DNA of 32,000 nucleotides from an archaeon. GTDB lineage: Archaea > Iainarchaeota > Iainarchaeia > Iainarchaeales > JANQMZ01. The DNA is taken from contig JANQMZ010000007.1 of NCBI GenBank assembly GCA_028279805.1, positions 1 to 32,000 on the forward strand, read 5' to 3'. Shown one piece after another: positions 1-10,511 of the stretch (position 1 is the first letter of the stretch; each line of letters begins with the position of its first letter). Under the pieces are notes generated by a model. It did not search any database and was not told where the DNA came from. It saw nothing but the letters and a program-made list of their open reading frames with translations. A program made the translations under genes and the position numbers.

Positions 1-1
1 A

Positions 2-94
2 GAGGAGTTTGTTGCTTCTGAAAGTGGAGAATTTGAATTATACTGCAGGCCTCACAGAGGCGTGGGAATGATCGGAACATTCACAGTAAATTAA
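2..94 (+). CDS. Cupredoxin / type-1 blue copper protein, C-terminal fragment (5' end lies outside the window)
   Basis: Frame 2 reads EEFVASESGEFELYCRPHRGVGMIGTFTVN then TAA. The C-x2-H-x4-M pattern matches the copper-ligand loop of plastocyanin/azurin-family proteins. Confidence 0.65.
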   Translation, partial: EEFVASESGEFELYCRPHRGVGMIGTFTVN

Positions 95-136
95 AGGATT
101 AATTAACTTTAATCCTCTTTTTTTTTATTTTTTTTT
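95..136 (+). terminator. Hairpin plus long oligo-T tract after the cupredoxin gene
   Basis: aggattaa (95-102) and ttaatcct (109-116) form an 8-bp stem with a 6-nt loop. Runs of T follow immediately (118-136). Confidence 0.5.
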
Positions 137-187
137 AAAAAAATCTTTTTTTAAAACGTTGTTTGTTTTGTTTTATTGTGTTGGTTG

Positions 188-1105
188 ATGGATCTAAGTG
201 TTGATTTTTTAGGAAAAAAATTCAAAAATCCTTTTGTTTTGGCTTCAGGTGTTCCCGGCTCAGGAAATGACAAACTTGTAATTTTTGAAAAAGCTGGTGC
301 GGGCGGAATTACAATAAAAAGTGTTTCTCCCAAGGAAAGAATACAAAACCCTCCTGCAATTATTTCAAGGTTTGACGCGGGTTTAATTAATGCTGTTGGT
401 TTGCCCTGCCCTCCTCTTGAAAAAAGTTTTGAACATGTTTCTTTTTTAAAAAAATCTGTTAAAATTCCTGTAATTGCAAGCGTTGTGGGAATAAATGTTA
501 AGGAATTTGTTGAAGCTGCTTTAAAAATGGAGGAAACAAAAGCTGATTTGATTGAATTGGACATGTCCTGCCCCCATGTTAAAGAATCAATGGGTGTGCC
601 TTTTGCCATGTCTGCTTCACGAGCAGAAAAACTTGTTAAAGCCGTTAAAAAAGAAATTTCAATTCCTTTTTCTGCAAAATTATCCCCGAATGCTCCTGAC
701 ATTCTTGAAATTGCAAAAGCCTGTGAAAAAGCCGGAGCTGATGCTTTAACCGCTGTTAATTCTCTTGGCCCGGGAATGATTATTAATACAAAAACAGCCA
801 AACCTGTTTTGTCAAACAAATATGGAGGAGTAACAGGACCTGCTTTAAGACCTGTTGCTGTTCGATGTGTTCATCAAATTTTTGAAAAAGTCAAAATTCC
901 GATTATTGGCACAGGCGGAATAACTTATGGAAAAGATGCAGTTGAAATGCTAATGGCGGGAGCTACATTGCTTGGCGTTGGCACAGCAGTTTATACTCGT
1001 GGAAACAATGTTTTTGAAAAACTTGAAAAAGAATTGATTGAAGAAATGAAAATGTTAAAATTTGAAAATGTTGCCAAAATAACCGGTTTTGCGCACAAAC
1101 AATAA
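188..1105 (+). CDS. pyrD: Dihydroorotate dehydrogenase, class 1 catalytic subunit
   Basis: MDLSVDFLGKKFKNPFVLASG, LINAVGLP, the active-site-like LDMSCPHV, and GTGGI are all typical of PyrD family 1. ATG at 188 is preferred over the upstream TTG at 176. Confidence 0.85.
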   Translation: MDLSVDFLGKKFKNPFVLASGVPGSGNDKLVIFEKAGAGGITIKSVSPKERIQNPPAIISRFDAGLINAVGLPCPPLEKSFEHVSFLKKSVKIPVIASVVGINVKEFVEAALKMEETKADLIELDMSCPHVKESMGVPFAMSASRAEKLVKAVKKEISIPFSAKLSPNAPDILEIAKACEKAGADALTAVNSLGPGMIINTKTAKPVLSNKYGGVTGPALRPVAVRCVHQIFEKVKIPIIGTGGITYGKDAVEMLMAGATLLGVGTAVYTRGNNVFEKLEKELIEEMKMLKFENVAKITGFAHKQ

Positions 1106-1135
1106 CTTTTTTTATTCTGAAAACATTTTCATTTT

Positions 1136-1531
1136 ATGAAATATTATTATTCTGAACGCTGGACCGAAAAAGCAAGGGAAATTGCATTGGCTTTAGGTTT
1201 TTCTCATGTTAAAGCTGACAGAATTTCTGTTATTGTAAGCCAGGGTTCAAAGAGCAGGCATACTATTGCAAGAATTCATTCAATTGGAAAAGCAATGATG
1301 CTGGGAATGAATCAAAAATATTCTTTTTATACAATTGAATTAATTGAAAAACAATTTTTGAAAGAAAGCCCTGAAGAAAAAATTAAAACAATTATTCATG
1401 AATTAATGCATATTCCAAAAACATTTGGCGGTGGATTCAGGGGGCATAAAGGGCATATTACTGAAAAAAGCGTCAATGCTTTGTATAACAAATATGTGAA
1501 TTACAAGAAAACAACAAAGTTAAATGATTAA
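1136..1531 (+). CDS. Putative small zinc metallopeptidase (HExxH)
   Basis: 131-aa ORF with HELMHIPKTFGGGFRGH (HExxH plus a downstream His). It resembles the small archaeal predicted metallopeptidases. Confidence 0.55.
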   Translation: MKYYYSERWTEKAREIALALGFSHVKADRISVIVSQGSKSRHTIARIHSIGKAMMLGMNQKYSFYTIELIEKQFLKESPEEKIKTIIHELMHIPKTFGGGFRGHKGHITEKSVNALYNKYVNYKKTTKLND

Positions 1532-1549
1532 TGCTTTTTTATTGATAAA

Positions 1550-1948
1550 ATGATTTCACACAAAATGGATTACAGGGTTCCATACGGGGATACTGATGCG
1601 CAAGGCGTTGTATATTATGGAACTTATTACAGGTTTTTTGAAATTGCAAGAAACGAGTTTTTTCGTTCATTGGGACTTGAAATGGGTGACTTGGCAAAAA
1701 ACAATGTTCATCATCTTGTACGGAATTTAAATGCGGACTATTTTGCTCCTGCGCATTTTGATGATTTGCTGGAGATAGAAACAAAATTATTGGAAAAAAG
1801 AAATTCAAGTTTTAAATTAGGGTTTGAAGTTAAAAATAAAAAAACTGAAAAACTTTTGAATAAAGCTGAAATTGTTTATGTTTTTATTGATAAAAATTTT
1901 AAAAAAGCACCAATTCCTGATAAAATTAACAAAGTGTTAAGTGAATAA
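1550..1948 (+). CDS. Acyl-CoA thioesterase, YbgC/4HBT hotdog-fold family
   Basis: RVPYGDTDAQGVVYYGTYYRFFEIARNEFFRSLG is the typical N-terminal catalytic-Asp motif of the 4HBT family. Confidence 0.8.
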   Translation: MISHKMDYRVPYGDTDAQGVVYYGTYYRFFEIARNEFFRSLGLEMGDLAKNNVHHLVRNLNADYFAPAHFDDLLEIETKLLEKRNSSFKLGFEVKNKKTEKLLNKAEIVYVFIDKNFKKAPIPDKINKVLSE

Positions 1949-1950
1949 AT

Positions 1951-2358
1951 TTGAATGAAAAAGAAATTGCAGAATTATTAAATTCAAATCCTGTAATTGC
2001 TGTAATAGGCGCATCAAAAAATCTTGAAAAAGATTCCCACAAAGTTTTTCGCTATTTGCTGGAAAACGGTTTTAAGACAATTCCTGTTAATCCGACTGCA
2101 CAAGAAATTTTGAATCAAAAATGTTATCCTTCTTTGTCGGATATTCCTTTCAAAATTGACATTGTTGATGTTTTTCGGCCAAGTGAGGAAGCAGTTGAAT
2201 TTACAAAACAGGCAATTGAAAAAAAAGCAAAAGTTGTCTGGCTCCAATTAGGTATTGAAAATCAGGAAGCAAAAGCTTTGGCTGAATCAAATGGTTTAAA
2301 ATTTGTTCAAAATAAATGCATTAAAATCGAGCACTTAAAAATCAATAATAATGCTTAA
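1951..2358 (+). CDS. CoA-binding domain protein (YccU/YneT-like)
   Basis: PVIAVIGASKNLEKDSHKVFRYLLENGFKTIPVNP ... DIVDVFRP ... VWLQLG matches the CoA_binding_2 pattern. The start codon is TTG. Confidence 0.8.
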   Translation: MNEKEIAELLNSNPVIAVIGASKNLEKDSHKVFRYLLENGFKTIPVNPTAQEILNQKCYPSLSDIPFKIDIVDVFRPSEEAVEFTKQAIEKKAKVVWLQLGIENQEAKALAESNGLKFVQNKCIKIEHLKINNNA

Positions 2359-2382
2359 ATATATCAATTTCCCTTTCTTTTC

Positions 2383-2838
2383 ATGCAAAATCAAAAACAT
2401 CGTTCCGGAAGACAAAAGCGTACTTTTGGACAGAAAGCAGCTGATGCTATTGCTGCTGCCGGTGGCAGCTGGGCTTTTATTTTTGTTTTTTTTATTGTTA
2501 TTTTTGTCTGGATGGGTTTAAACACAACTTATCTGTTGTTCGGAGAGTTTGACCCCTATCCTTTTATTTTGCTGAATTTAATGCTTTCATTGTTAGCGGC
2601 AATTCAGGCACCAATTATTTTAATGAGCCAGAATCGTGCAGCTGAGCGTGATCGGGTGCAAATGGAAAGAGACCATTATATTAACAGAAAAGCCGAGCGT
2701 GAAATTAAATCAATGCAGATTGATATTCTGGAAATGAAGGGAATGCTTTCAAAAAACCCTGAAACTAAAGAAATTAAAAAATTAACAACTGAAGTTAAAT
2801 CCTTAAAACACGAACTTGAAAAATATGAAAACAAATGA
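2383..2838 (+). CDS. DUF1003-family membrane protein
   Basis: Two TM helices, then PYPFILLNLMLSLLAAIQAPIILMSQNR and a coiled-coil tail. This is the characteristic DUF1003 arrangement. Confidence 0.7.
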   Translation: MQNQKHRSGRQKRTFGQKAADAIAAAGGSWAFIFVFFIVIFVWMGLNTTYLLFGEFDPYPFILLNLMLSLLAAIQAPIILMSQNRAAERDRVQMERDHYINRKAEREIKSMQIDILEMKGMLSKNPETKEIKKLTTEVKSLKHELEKYENK

Positions 2839-2904
2839 CAAAATTGTCATGCATTACTTTTTAAGTTTTTGGCTAATTCTAATTTATTGAAAGGAGTTGA
2901 TATT

Positions 2905-3510
2905 ATGGAACATAAATTAGAACCATTATCATATGGTTATGATGCATTAGAACCTTTTATTGATGCACAAACAATGGAAATTCATCATTCAAAACATCAT
3001 CAGGCTTACATTAACAAATTAAATGCAGCGTTGGAAGGACATGATGACTTAAAAGAAAAAACAGCTGAAGAATTAATTTCAGATTTAAACAGCATTCCGG
3101 AAGAAATTCGTGGTGCTGTCAGAAACCATGGGGGAGGGCATGCAAACCATTCCTTGTTTTGGAAAATTTTAAAAAAAGACACTTCATTGGAAGGAAACAT
3201 TGCTGATGCAATTAATTCTTCTTTCGGTTCTTTTGACAAATTCAAGGAAAGCTTTTCAAATGCAGCAAACACTTTGTTCGGAAGCGGCTGGGCCTGGCTT
3301 GTTTCAAATGCCGGAAAACTTGAAATAATGCACACTCACAATCAGGACAGTCCTTTAAGCCAGGGCAAAACACCTTTGCTTGGATTGGATGTATGGGAAC
3401 ATTCTTATTATTTAAAATACCAGAACAAAAGGCCGGACTATGTTGAAGCATTTTTTAATGTAATTAACTGGAACCAGGTTAATGAAAATTTTGAAAATGC
3501 AAACAAATAA
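2905..3510 (+). CDS. sod: Fe/Mn superoxide dismutase
   Basis: [36 protein letters not shown] ... [23 protein letters not shown] at 2905 follows an aaaggag motif; the track's TTG at 2869 is less likely. Confidence 0.93.
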   Translation: MEHKLEPLSYGYDALEPFIDAQTMEIHHSKHHQAYINKLNAALEGHDDLKEKTAEELISDLNSIPEEIRGAVRNHGGGHANHSLFWKILKKDTSLEGNIADAINSSFGSFDKFKESFSNAANTLFGSGWAWLVSNAGKLEIMHTHNQDSPLSQGKTPLLGLDVWEHSYYLKYQNKRPDYVEAFFNVINWNQVNENFENANK

Positions 3511-3515
3511 TTTTT

Positions 3516-4142
3516 ATGAAACAATTATTGCAAGAAATTCAAACTGTCAAAAACAATCCGGAAATTAAAAAAACAATTAGTTCCAGATTAAAAGAATTTG
3601 AAGAATTCGGAAAAAATGATGACAAAGTATTTTCCGAATTATGTTTCTGCATTACAACAGCAAATTTTGATGCTGAAAGAAGCATTAAAATTCAGAACGA
3701 AATAGGAAAAGGCTTTGAATCCTTAACAGAAAAACAATTAGCCAAAAAACTCAAAGAATTAGGTTACAGATTTCCCAATATTAGAGCCAAATTTATTGTT
3801 GAATCACGCAAACACAAACCCGTTCTGCCTCAAATTCTGTCAAATGGCAAAACTGATGCTGAGTTAAGAGAATGGTTTGTTGCAAATGTAAAAGGTTTTA
3901 GTTATAAGGAAGCAAGCCATTTTTTACGAAACATTGGTTTTAAGGATTTGGCAATAATTGATTTTCACATTGTTGATGTCTTGGCAAAACATAATTTGAT
4001 TGAAAAGCCCAAAACAATGAATAAAGCAAAATATTTTGAAATTGAATCATTGTTGAAAGAAATTGGCAAAAAAACTGACATGAATATGGCTGAATTAGAC
4101 TTATACCTTTGGTATTTGGAAACTGGAAAAATTTTAAAATAA
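3516..4142 (+). CDS. ogg: 8-oxoguanine DNA glycosylase / DNA lyase, archaeal Ogg2 type (HhH-GPD)
   Basis: About 208 aa. FSELCFCITTANFDAERS, GFSYKEASHFLRNIGFKDLAIIDFHI (helix-hairpin-helix with catalytic Lys and Asp) and a C-terminal LDLYLWYLETGK resemble the Ogg2 family. Confidence 0.8.
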   Translation: MKQLLQEIQTVKNNPEIKKTISSRLKEFEEFGKNDDKVFSELCFCITTANFDAERSIKIQNEIGKGFESLTEKQLAKKLKELGYRFPNIRAKFIVESRKHKPVLPQILSNGKTDAELREWFVANVKGFSYKEASHFLRNIGFKDLAIIDFHIVDVLAKHNLIEKPKTMNKAKYFEIESLLKEIGKKTDMNMAELDLYLWYLETGKILK

Positions 4143-4157
4143 AGAGGAGGTGATTTA

Positions 4158-4532
4158 ATGGATCCGGTTGTACATTTTGAAATTCCGTTTGAAAAAATTG
4201 AACGTGCAAAAGAATTTTATGAAAAAACTTTTGGCTGGCAGATAAACAATGTTCCTGAAATGAATTATAATCTGATTACAACAGCTGAAACGGATGAAAA
4301 TCAGATGATTAAAAAACCAGGAGCAATTAACGGCGGAATGACAGAAAAAAATGAAATCAACAAAAATGTTTTAATCACAATCAAAGTTTCATCAATTGAT
4401 GATTACCTGAAAACAATTCCTGAAAATGGCGGCAAAATTTTAATGGAAAAACAAACAGTAGGAGATATGGGTTTTACTGCTTATTTTGAGGACACTGAAG
4501 CAAATATTGTTGGTTTGTGGCAAGACAAATAG
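4158..4532 (+). CDS. VOC (glyoxalase/bleomycin-resistance/dioxygenase) family protein
   Basis: VVHFEIPFEKIERAKEFYEKTFGW ... GFTAYFEDTEANIVGLWQ. A strong gaggaggtga motif lies upstream. Confidence 0.75.
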   Translation: MDPVVHFEIPFEKIERAKEFYEKTFGWQINNVPEMNYNLITTAETDENQMIKKPGAINGGMTEKNEINKNVLITIKVSSIDDYLKTIPENGGKILMEKQTVGDMGFTAYFEDTEANIVGLWQDK

Positions 4533-4583
4533 TTGGAATAAATATGGAAAAACATTTAACAATGAAAAAACCAACTTTTTAAC

Positions 4584-5657
4584 ATGAGTGGTGCCTGGAT
4601 AATCGGAGGAATTGTTGCTTTAGCCATAATTGCTTTAGTCTTTTTTCCCCCTCCGGTCAGCCAAGAACCCCGTGAATCAGATCTTCCCCCGGATTCTGTG
4701 GATTCATTTTCAGGGGATTCCTCTTCTGAATCCCCTCCCCCCGATTTAAAAGAAGAAAATTCTGATCTGGATATTAAAATTCATGAACAGGAACTGGGTT
4801 TTGCCCATCTTGGATTAAAAACAAATACTGCAATCAAAGACATTCCGCTTAACCAGCTTTTGTCAGGAGGTCCGGGTAAAGACGGAATTCCTGCAGTAAG
4901 AAAACCAAAATTTTTGCCTTTGTCAGAAAAACCTGATTCTGTTAAACTTGATACGCTTGGATTGGTTGTCGGAAAAAATCCTGTAAAGTTTTATCCTTAC
5001 AACATTTTAGTATGGCATGAAATTGTTGATGATACTGTTGACGGTATTCCAGTTGCAGTAACATTTTGCCCATTATGCGGTTCAGGCATAGTTTTTGAAA
5101 GAACTGTTAACAATCAGGAATTAGAATTTGGCGTTTCAGGATTATTGCATGAATCAAACCTGGTAATGTATGATGATAAAACAGAATCATTATGGTCACA
5201 GGCATCAGGAAAAGCAATTGTAGGAGATTTTACAGGAACACAGTTAAAGCTGTTTCCTTCAAGTTTAATCACTTTTGAACAGTTTTCTCAAAATCATTCA
5301 GACGGGCTTGTTTTATCGGATGAAACCGGGCATTTTAGAAACTATGAATTTTATCCTTACGGGTCTTATGAAAGAAATGCTTCCATTTATTTTCCGATAA
5401 GCGATTTTGATAACAGTTTGCCTGCAAAAGAAATTGTTTTTGCAATTCCTTTGGAAAATGCTGTTGCATTGTTTCCCTTTGAAAAACTAAAAACACAAAA
5501 ACAAGCTTCACTTGAGGCAGACGGAAAACAAATAGAACTAACATTAAACAACGGTGAAATAACTACATTGGTTGACGGAGAAGAAAAACCCGGTTATTAT
5601 TCAATGTATTTTTCTGTTGCTGTTTCAAATGATAACCTGGTAATCTGGGACTTATAA
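4584..5657 (+). CDS. Membrane-anchored DUF3179 domain protein
   Basis: N-terminal TM helix and a Pro/Ser-rich linker, followed by GKDGIPAVRKPKF, YPYNILVWHEIVDD and VTFCPLCGSGIVFER, all typical of DUF3179. Confidence 0.75.
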   Translation: MSGAWIIGGIVALAIIALVFFPPPVSQEPRESDLPPDSVDSFSGDSSSESPPPDLKEENSDLDIKIHEQELGFAHLGLKTNTAIKDIPLNQLLSGGPGKDGIPAVRKPKFLPLSEKPDSVKLDTLGLVVGKNPVKFYPYNILVWHEIVDDTVDGIPVAVTFCPLCGSGIVFERTVNNQELEFGVSGLLHESNLVMYDDKTESLWSQASGKAIVGDFTGTQLKLFPSSLITFEQFSQNHSDGLVLSDETGHFRNYEFYPYGSYERNASIYFPISDFDNSLPAKEIVFAIPLENAVALFPFEKLKTQKQASLEADGKQIELTLNNGEITTLVDGEEKPGYYSMYFSVAVSNDNLVIWDL

Positions 5658-6644
5658 GGATTCAATTACATTTTTTAAAATTCTGACAGTTTTTTCAAAT
5701 TCTTTTTTGCTTAAATGTTCTTTATCCGTATGGTCAAGTTTTGAATCTCCGCAGCCATAAGTTACTATTGGGCATGGCCATTTTTTTGCCAGAATATTCA
5801 TATCACTCGTTCCGGTTTTTATTTTAAAACCTGGCTTTCCTTTTTCTTTTCTAATTGATTTCAAAAAAGATCTTACTAACAGATTGTTTTTTTCAACTTT
5901 TATTGCTTCAAGTTCCTGTAAAAAAATAATTTTTGCTTTTCCCGCTTTTTGTTTAATAATTTTTTTCATTTTTTTAAAATTAAACCCTAACGGAACACGT
6001 AAAACAATTTTTGCTTCCGCTTTTTGGTCATCCGCTTCTATTTTTCTTAACTCAAAACCTGTTTCACTAAAACCGTTTCCCGAATCAGGAATTTCTTTTT
6101 TTAAATCATTAACAAACTGAATCAAATCATTTGCAGCTGAATTTCCTGAAGAAAAATGTTCTCTTTTTCTTTTCAAAGAATAAGAAAAATTTAACACGCC
6201 TTTATATCCGACAGTAACTGAATTCCATCCGCTTGGCTCTCCAACAATGCAATAATTTGGTTTAAAAGATTTTGACAAAAACCATGCTCCTTTGCTTGTG
6301 GGACATTCTTCTTCAACGGTTCCGACAACAGCAACCGTTTTATCAGTTTCAGAAATTGTAGCGGCTTCAATCATTGCAGCCAGCGTCCCTTTTGTATCAA
6401 CAACGCCCCTGCCCCATAAAACCCCTTTTTTCATTTTAACAGGCAATTTTCCGGGAACAGTGTCCATATGTGCTTCTAACACTATTTCAGGTTTTCCTTT
6501 GCCTTTGATTCCAACTGCGTTCCCTACTTTATCCAGATATGCCTTAAAACCACGTTTTTTTAGCTCTTTAACTAAAAATTTTGCAAGTTTTTGCTCTTCA
6601 TATGACGGAGAATAAATTTGCACCATTTTTTTTAAAAGATTCAT
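5652..6644 (-). CDS. lysK: [LysW]-lysine/ornithine hydrolase (M20 peptidase, LysK/ArgE-like)
   Basis: LEAHMDTVPG and WGRGVVDTKG are M20 metal-site motifs. It is the last gene of the lysWXYZJK-ordered cluster and overlaps lysJ by 4 nt. Confidence 0.8.
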   Translation of the reverse strand: MNLLKKMVQIYSPSYEEQKLAKFLVKELKKRGFKAYLDKVGNAVGIKGKGKPEIVLEAHMDTVPGKLPVKMKKGVLWGRGVVDTKGTLAAMIEAATISETDKTVAVVGTVEEECPTSKGAWFLSKSFKPNYCIVGEPSGWNSVTVGYKGVLNFSYSLKRKREHFSSGNSAANDLIQFVNDLKKEIPDSGNGFSETGFELRKIEADDQKAEAKIVLRVPLGFNFKKMKKIIKQKAGKAKIIFLQELEAIKVEKNNLLVRSFLKSIRKEKGKPGFKIKTGTSDMNILAKKWPCPIVTYGCGDSKLDHTDKEHLSKKEFEKTVRILKNVIESL

Positions 6645-7798
6645 TTTAACACTTTTTCAAGCTTTTCAACAGCTTCATCTATCTGTTTTTCTGTTATAAT
6701 CAACGGAGGCAAAAATCTTATCACCGTTTTTCCCGACGGAATGACAAGAATTCCTTTTTCCATTAACGCACTTATGTAAGGGCCTGCTCTCTCTTTTAAT
6801 TCAACCGCAACCATTAAACCTTTGCCTCTTACCTGCCTTATTTTTGAAGAATTTATTTGTTTTAATTTTTTTAAAAAATATTCTCCTTTTTTTTGAGCCT
6901 GTTCCGGAAGGTTTTTTTCCAGCATAAATTCTACTGCGGCCAGTGCTGCTGCAGAACCTAAAGGGTTTCCTCCGAAAGTTGAAGAATGGCTTTTTTTTGG
7001 AACTTTGCCTGTGATTTTTTCAGTTGTGATGGTTGCCCCTATAGGATAACCTCCGCCTAAAGATTTTGAAACACAAACAATGTCCGGTTCAATTCCATAA
7101 TGTTCAAATCCGAACATTTTTCCCGTTCTTCCAAAACCGGTTTGAATTTCATCAACAATTAACAAAATGTTTTTTTCCCTGCATATTTTTTGAACATTTT
7201 TTAAATAATTTTCATCAGGCAAAATAAAACCTGCTTCGCCCTGAATAGGCTCAACAATAAAAGCAGCTGTATCATCATTAATGGTTTCCTTTAGTTTTTC
7301 AATATTGTTAAAAGGCACATGGGTAAATTCAGGCACCAACGGCTTGAAAGCTTCTCTGTAATCAGGATTGTGTGTTGCGCTTACAGAACCAAAAGTTCTT
7401 CCGTGAAACGCGCGCATGCATGCAATAATTTTTTTTTTACCTGTTGCAGCTCTTGCAAATTTTAAAGCAGCTTCAACTGATTCCGCACCGGAATTGCATA
7501 AATAAACTTTGTTTAATTTTTCTGAAAATAATGAGGCAAGCTTTTTCATCAGTTTTGCTCTTACAGAATTATAAAAATTTGAATAAACATGAATTAATTC
7601 CGGTGCCTGTGATTCAATTGCTTTTACAACATTGTCATTGCAATGCCCTACATTTGCAGTTCCATAACTTGCCCCGAAATCCAGGTATTTTTTGCCCTCG
7701 GAATCCCAAAGCAAAGCACCTTTTCCTTTGACTATCGAAACAGGCCTTTTTTTTATAATGCCCGGGTCATAAAAATCTTCAGTCTGAATATCATTCAT
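6641..7798 (-). CDS. lysJ: Class III aminotransferase, LysJ/ArgD-like ([LysW]-aminoadipate semialdehyde / acetylornithine transaminase)
   Basis: NSGAESVEAALKFAR, LIVDEIQTGFGRTGKMF and DIVCVSKSLGGG (PLP lysine), plus position in the cluster. Confidence 0.85.
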   Translation of the reverse strand: MNDIQTEDFYDPGIIKKRPVSIVKGKGALLWDSEGKKYLDFGASYGTANVGHCNDNVVKAIESQAPELIHVYSNFYNSVRAKLMKKLASLFSEKLNKVYLCNSGAESVEAALKFARAATGKKKIIACMRAFHGRTFGSVSATHNPDYREAFKPLVPEFTHVPFNNIEKLKETINDDTAAFIVEPIQGEAGFILPDENYLKNVQKICREKNILLIVDEIQTGFGRTGKMFGFEHYGIEPDIVCVSKSLGGGYPIGATITTEKITGKVPKKSHSSTFGGNPLGSAAALAAVEFMLEKNLPEQAQKKGEYFLKKLKQINSSKIRQVRGKGLMVAVELKERAGPYISALMEKGILVIPSGKTVIRFLPPLIITEKQIDEAVEKLEKVLK

Positions 7799-8600
7799 TC
7801 AAAAACACTGTCCCCTGCCCGTTTAAAGCGCTTTTAATTGGATTTTCAATATTTGCTGAACCTATTACCACTTTTTGAACGCCTTTTTCAAAAGCATTTT
7901 TTGCAGCCAAAACCTTTTTTTTCATTCTTCCTTTTGCTGAATCCAAAGCAGAATCAATGTTTTTAGAAGAAATTTTTTTAATCAAAGAATTTTCATTATC
8001 AATGTTTTCCAGCAAACCTGAAACATTTGACAACAAAAGCAATGCATCCGCTTTTAATTCAACAGCCAATACCGCTGCAGAAAAATCTCCGTCAACATTT
8101 ACAGCTTTATTGTCAAAGCTGATTGCCGGAGGAGTCAGAACAGGAACAAAATTGTTGTCAAGCAACAATTTAATCAGTTGAGCATTAACTTTTTCTGTTC
8201 TGCCGCTTAAATCATTTTTAACCAGTTTAATTTTTTCATTTTCTTTTATTCTTATTGCGGAATTTCTTTTTGCTTCAAAAATTCTCCCGTCAATTCCTGA
8301 CAAACCAACAGCATTAATTCCTTTTGCCTGTAACATTTCAACAATTTTTTTATTCATTTTGCCGCAGTAAGCCATTTCAAATAATTCTAAAACTTTTTCA
8401 TCAGTTTTTCTGCTTTCAAAACCTGATTCCAAGTTATAGGTTTCTAAAGGAATTCCTAATTTTTGCTGCAATTCGTTTAATTCATCTGATGCTCCGTGAA
8501 CCAGAACAATTTTTTCATTTAAATGGATAAGTTCTTTAACAATATTGTCAAGATTTATTCCTTTGCTGCCTCCAATCTTAACAACCAACATTTTTTTCAC
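7791..8600 (-). CDS. lysZ: [LysW]-aminoadipate/glutamate kinase (amino acid kinase family, LysZ/ArgB-like)
   Basis: MLVVKIGGS, VLVHGASDELN, GINAVGLSGIDG and VNVDGDFSAA, plus position in the cluster. Confidence 0.85.
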   Translation of the reverse strand: MKKMLVVKIGGSKGINLDNIVKELIHLNEKIVLVHGASDELNELQQKLGIPLETYNLESGFESRKTDEKVLELFEMAYCGKMNKKIVEMLQAKGINAVGLSGIDGRIFEAKRNSAIRIKENEKIKLVKNDLSGRTEKVNAQLIKLLLDNNFVPVLTPPAISFDNKAVNVDGDFSAAVLAVELKADALLLLSNVSGLLENIDNENSLIKKISSKNIDSALDSAKGRMKKKVLAAKNAFEKGVQKVVIGSANIENPIKSALNGQGTVFLNE

Positions 8601-8602
8601 CG

Positions 8603-9634
8603 TTAAACAGGATGCAAACCCAAATCATTTAAGCCCAATGATTCTTCAAATCCCATCATTAAATTCATGCTTTGAATTCCCTGCCCTGCACTTCCCCTGC
8701 ACAAATTGTCAATTGCTGTAAAAACAATTACTCTGCCGGAACGGGGATCAATTGTAAAACCAATATCAACAAAATTTGTTCCTGCAACAATTTTTGGTTC
8801 AGGCAGTCTGTAAACTCCTTCCCTGTCCTTAACAATTCTTACAAATTGTTCATCTGAATAAGCTTCCCTGAATTTTTGCCACACATCTTTTTCCGATAAT
8901 TTTTCTTTTAAAGTCAGATGCGTTGTTCCAAGAATTCCCCGCACCATTTGAATTGCATGCGCAGTAACATCAACTTTTATTCCTGTTTCCTGTTCTGCTT
9001 CAGCCGAATGCCTGTGTAAAAAAGGGCTGTATGGACGAACAGCATTTGTTCTTTCAGGATGATGGGATGCCATTGAAAAAGCAGCTCCTGAAGCACTTGA
9101 ACCAACCTTTAAGTCAATTATTGCTTTTTCAGTGAATTCTCGTAAAGGCCATAATGAAAAAATCATTGTAGTTGCACCACAGCCCGGTCCGGCAACCAAA
9201 GAAGCTTTTTTGATTTCTTCCCTGTGTAATTCGGGAATTCCGTAAACTGATTCTTTTAACAATTCTGGATTGGCATGTTCAAATTTATACCATTTTTTGT
9301 AATCATCAGCATTGTTTAACCTGTAGTCAGCACTCAAATCAACAATTTTTTTCGCCAATTTTTGATATTGGGGCAATTCTTTGTTCATTATTCCGTGTGG
9401 TGTTGCCAAAAACAAAAAATCTGTTTCACTTAATTCTGATTTGTCAACAAATACTCCTTCAAATCTTTTTCTTAAATTCGGGTGAATCATTGAAACTCTT
9501 TTGCCCTGGTTTTGCTGGCAGGTTAACTGATTAATTTCAACATTTGGATGATTCAATAATAATCTTAATAGTTCTCCTCCGGCATAACCGGAAGCACCAA
9601 CAATTGAAACTTTTATTTTTTCCACAACATTCAC
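8603..9634 (-). CDS. lysY: [LysW]-aminoadipyl/glutamyl-phosphate reductase (LysY/ArgC-like)
   Basis: [20 protein letters not shown], the active-site region AGPGCGATT, and the C-terminal [20 protein letters not shown]. Confidence 0.9.
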   Translation of the reverse strand: MNVVEKIKVSIVGASGYAGGELLRLLLNHPNVEINQLTCQQNQGKRVSMIHPNLRKRFEGVFVDKSELSETDFLFLATPHGIMNKELPQYQKLAKKIVDLSADYRLNNADDYKKWYKFEHANPELLKESVYGIPELHREEIKKASLVAGPGCGATTMIFSLWPLREFTEKAIIDLKVGSSASGAAFSMASHHPERTNAVRPYSPFLHRHSAEAEQETGIKVDVTAHAIQMVRGILGTTHLTLKEKLSEKDVWQKFREAYSDEQFVRIVKDREGVYRLPEPKIVAGTNFVDIGFTIDPRSGRVIVFTAIDNLCRGSAGQGIQSMNLMMGFEESLGLNDLGLHPV

Positions 9635-10470
9635 CTTTTTGCCTGTGCAATTGCATATTCAACAATTTTTTCAGGAATATTAACGCCGGTAGCCACAATG
9701 CTGTTTCTGAATTCCATTGTATAATTAACTTCGTTAACCATTAACCCTTTGCCGGATTCAAACAGGTCTACAGCTAAAACTCCTCCGCCCACAGCCTCAG
9801 ATGCTTTTAATGATAATTCTTTTATTTCATCGGTTATCGGACAATTTTCAGTTTTTGCCCCTCTTGCAGTGTTTGTAATCCAGTGTTTTGAATTCCTGTA
9901 AATTCCGCATATGACTTCATCTCCTACAACAAATGTCCTGATGTCCCTTTCAGGTTTTTCAATGTATTCCTGAATGTAAATAATTGAATGATAGTAGCTG
10001 CCTAATTTTGTTTTATGTTCTAATACTGCTTCAGCTGCATCCCTGTCATTAATTTTTGACATTAACCTGCCCCACGAACCCGTGTCCGGTTTTAAAACGC
10101 AGGGATAACCCATGTCCTCTATGGCTTTTAATGCTGATTCGTCTTCAAAAGCCATTTTGACTTTTGGTGTTGGCACATTGTTTTTAATTAAAGCCTGGCT
10201 TGTTAAAAATTTTGAACCGCACGTATGCGCAACATTGTAAGAATTAATGCAGTTTATTCCCGAATCTTCTAAAATTTTTAAAACGTATAATGCTCGTGCA
10301 TGGCTTAAGCATCGTTCCAACGCTGTATTAAAATCAAATTTTGAATCCTGCAAATCAAAAATGTCTTCGCGAACATTTATTTTTTCAATTTTTACATTTT
10401 TTTTTGCAAATTCTTCCAGAAGCATTTTTTCTTCTGGTCTGACGACAGCGTAAATAAAACCTAAACTCAT
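9631..10470 (-). CDS. lysX: RimK-type ATP-grasp ligase, LysX/ArgX-like (attaches the amino acid to the LysW C-terminus)
   Basis: ATP-grasp motifs [21 protein letters not shown] and [13 protein letters not shown]. It lies directly downstream of the lysW ORF on the same strand. Confidence 0.85.
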   Translation of the reverse strand: MSLGFIYAVVRPEEKMLLEEFAKKNVKIEKINVREDIFDLQDSKFDFNTALERCLSHARALYVLKILEDSGINCINSYNVAHTCGSKFLTSQALIKNNVPTPKVKMAFEDESALKAIEDMGYPCVLKPDTGSWGRLMSKINDRDAAEAVLEHKTKLGSYYHSIIYIQEYIEKPERDIRTFVVGDEVICGIYRNSKHWITNTARGAKTENCPITDEIKELSLKASEAVGGGVLAVDLFESGKGLMVNEVNYTMEFRNSIVATGVNIPEKIVEYAIAQAKR

Positions 10471-10511
10471 AAGGAAAACCGGGGAAAAATTTTGATTTTT
10501 TTAAAAGCTAA

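Noticed and set aside
151-819. 222-aa minus-strand ORF, and the 552-749 plus-strand ORF, overlapping pyrD
   Set aside because: These are antisense or off-frame shadows of a gene with clear PyrD motifs. Their translations are low-complexity with no motifs.
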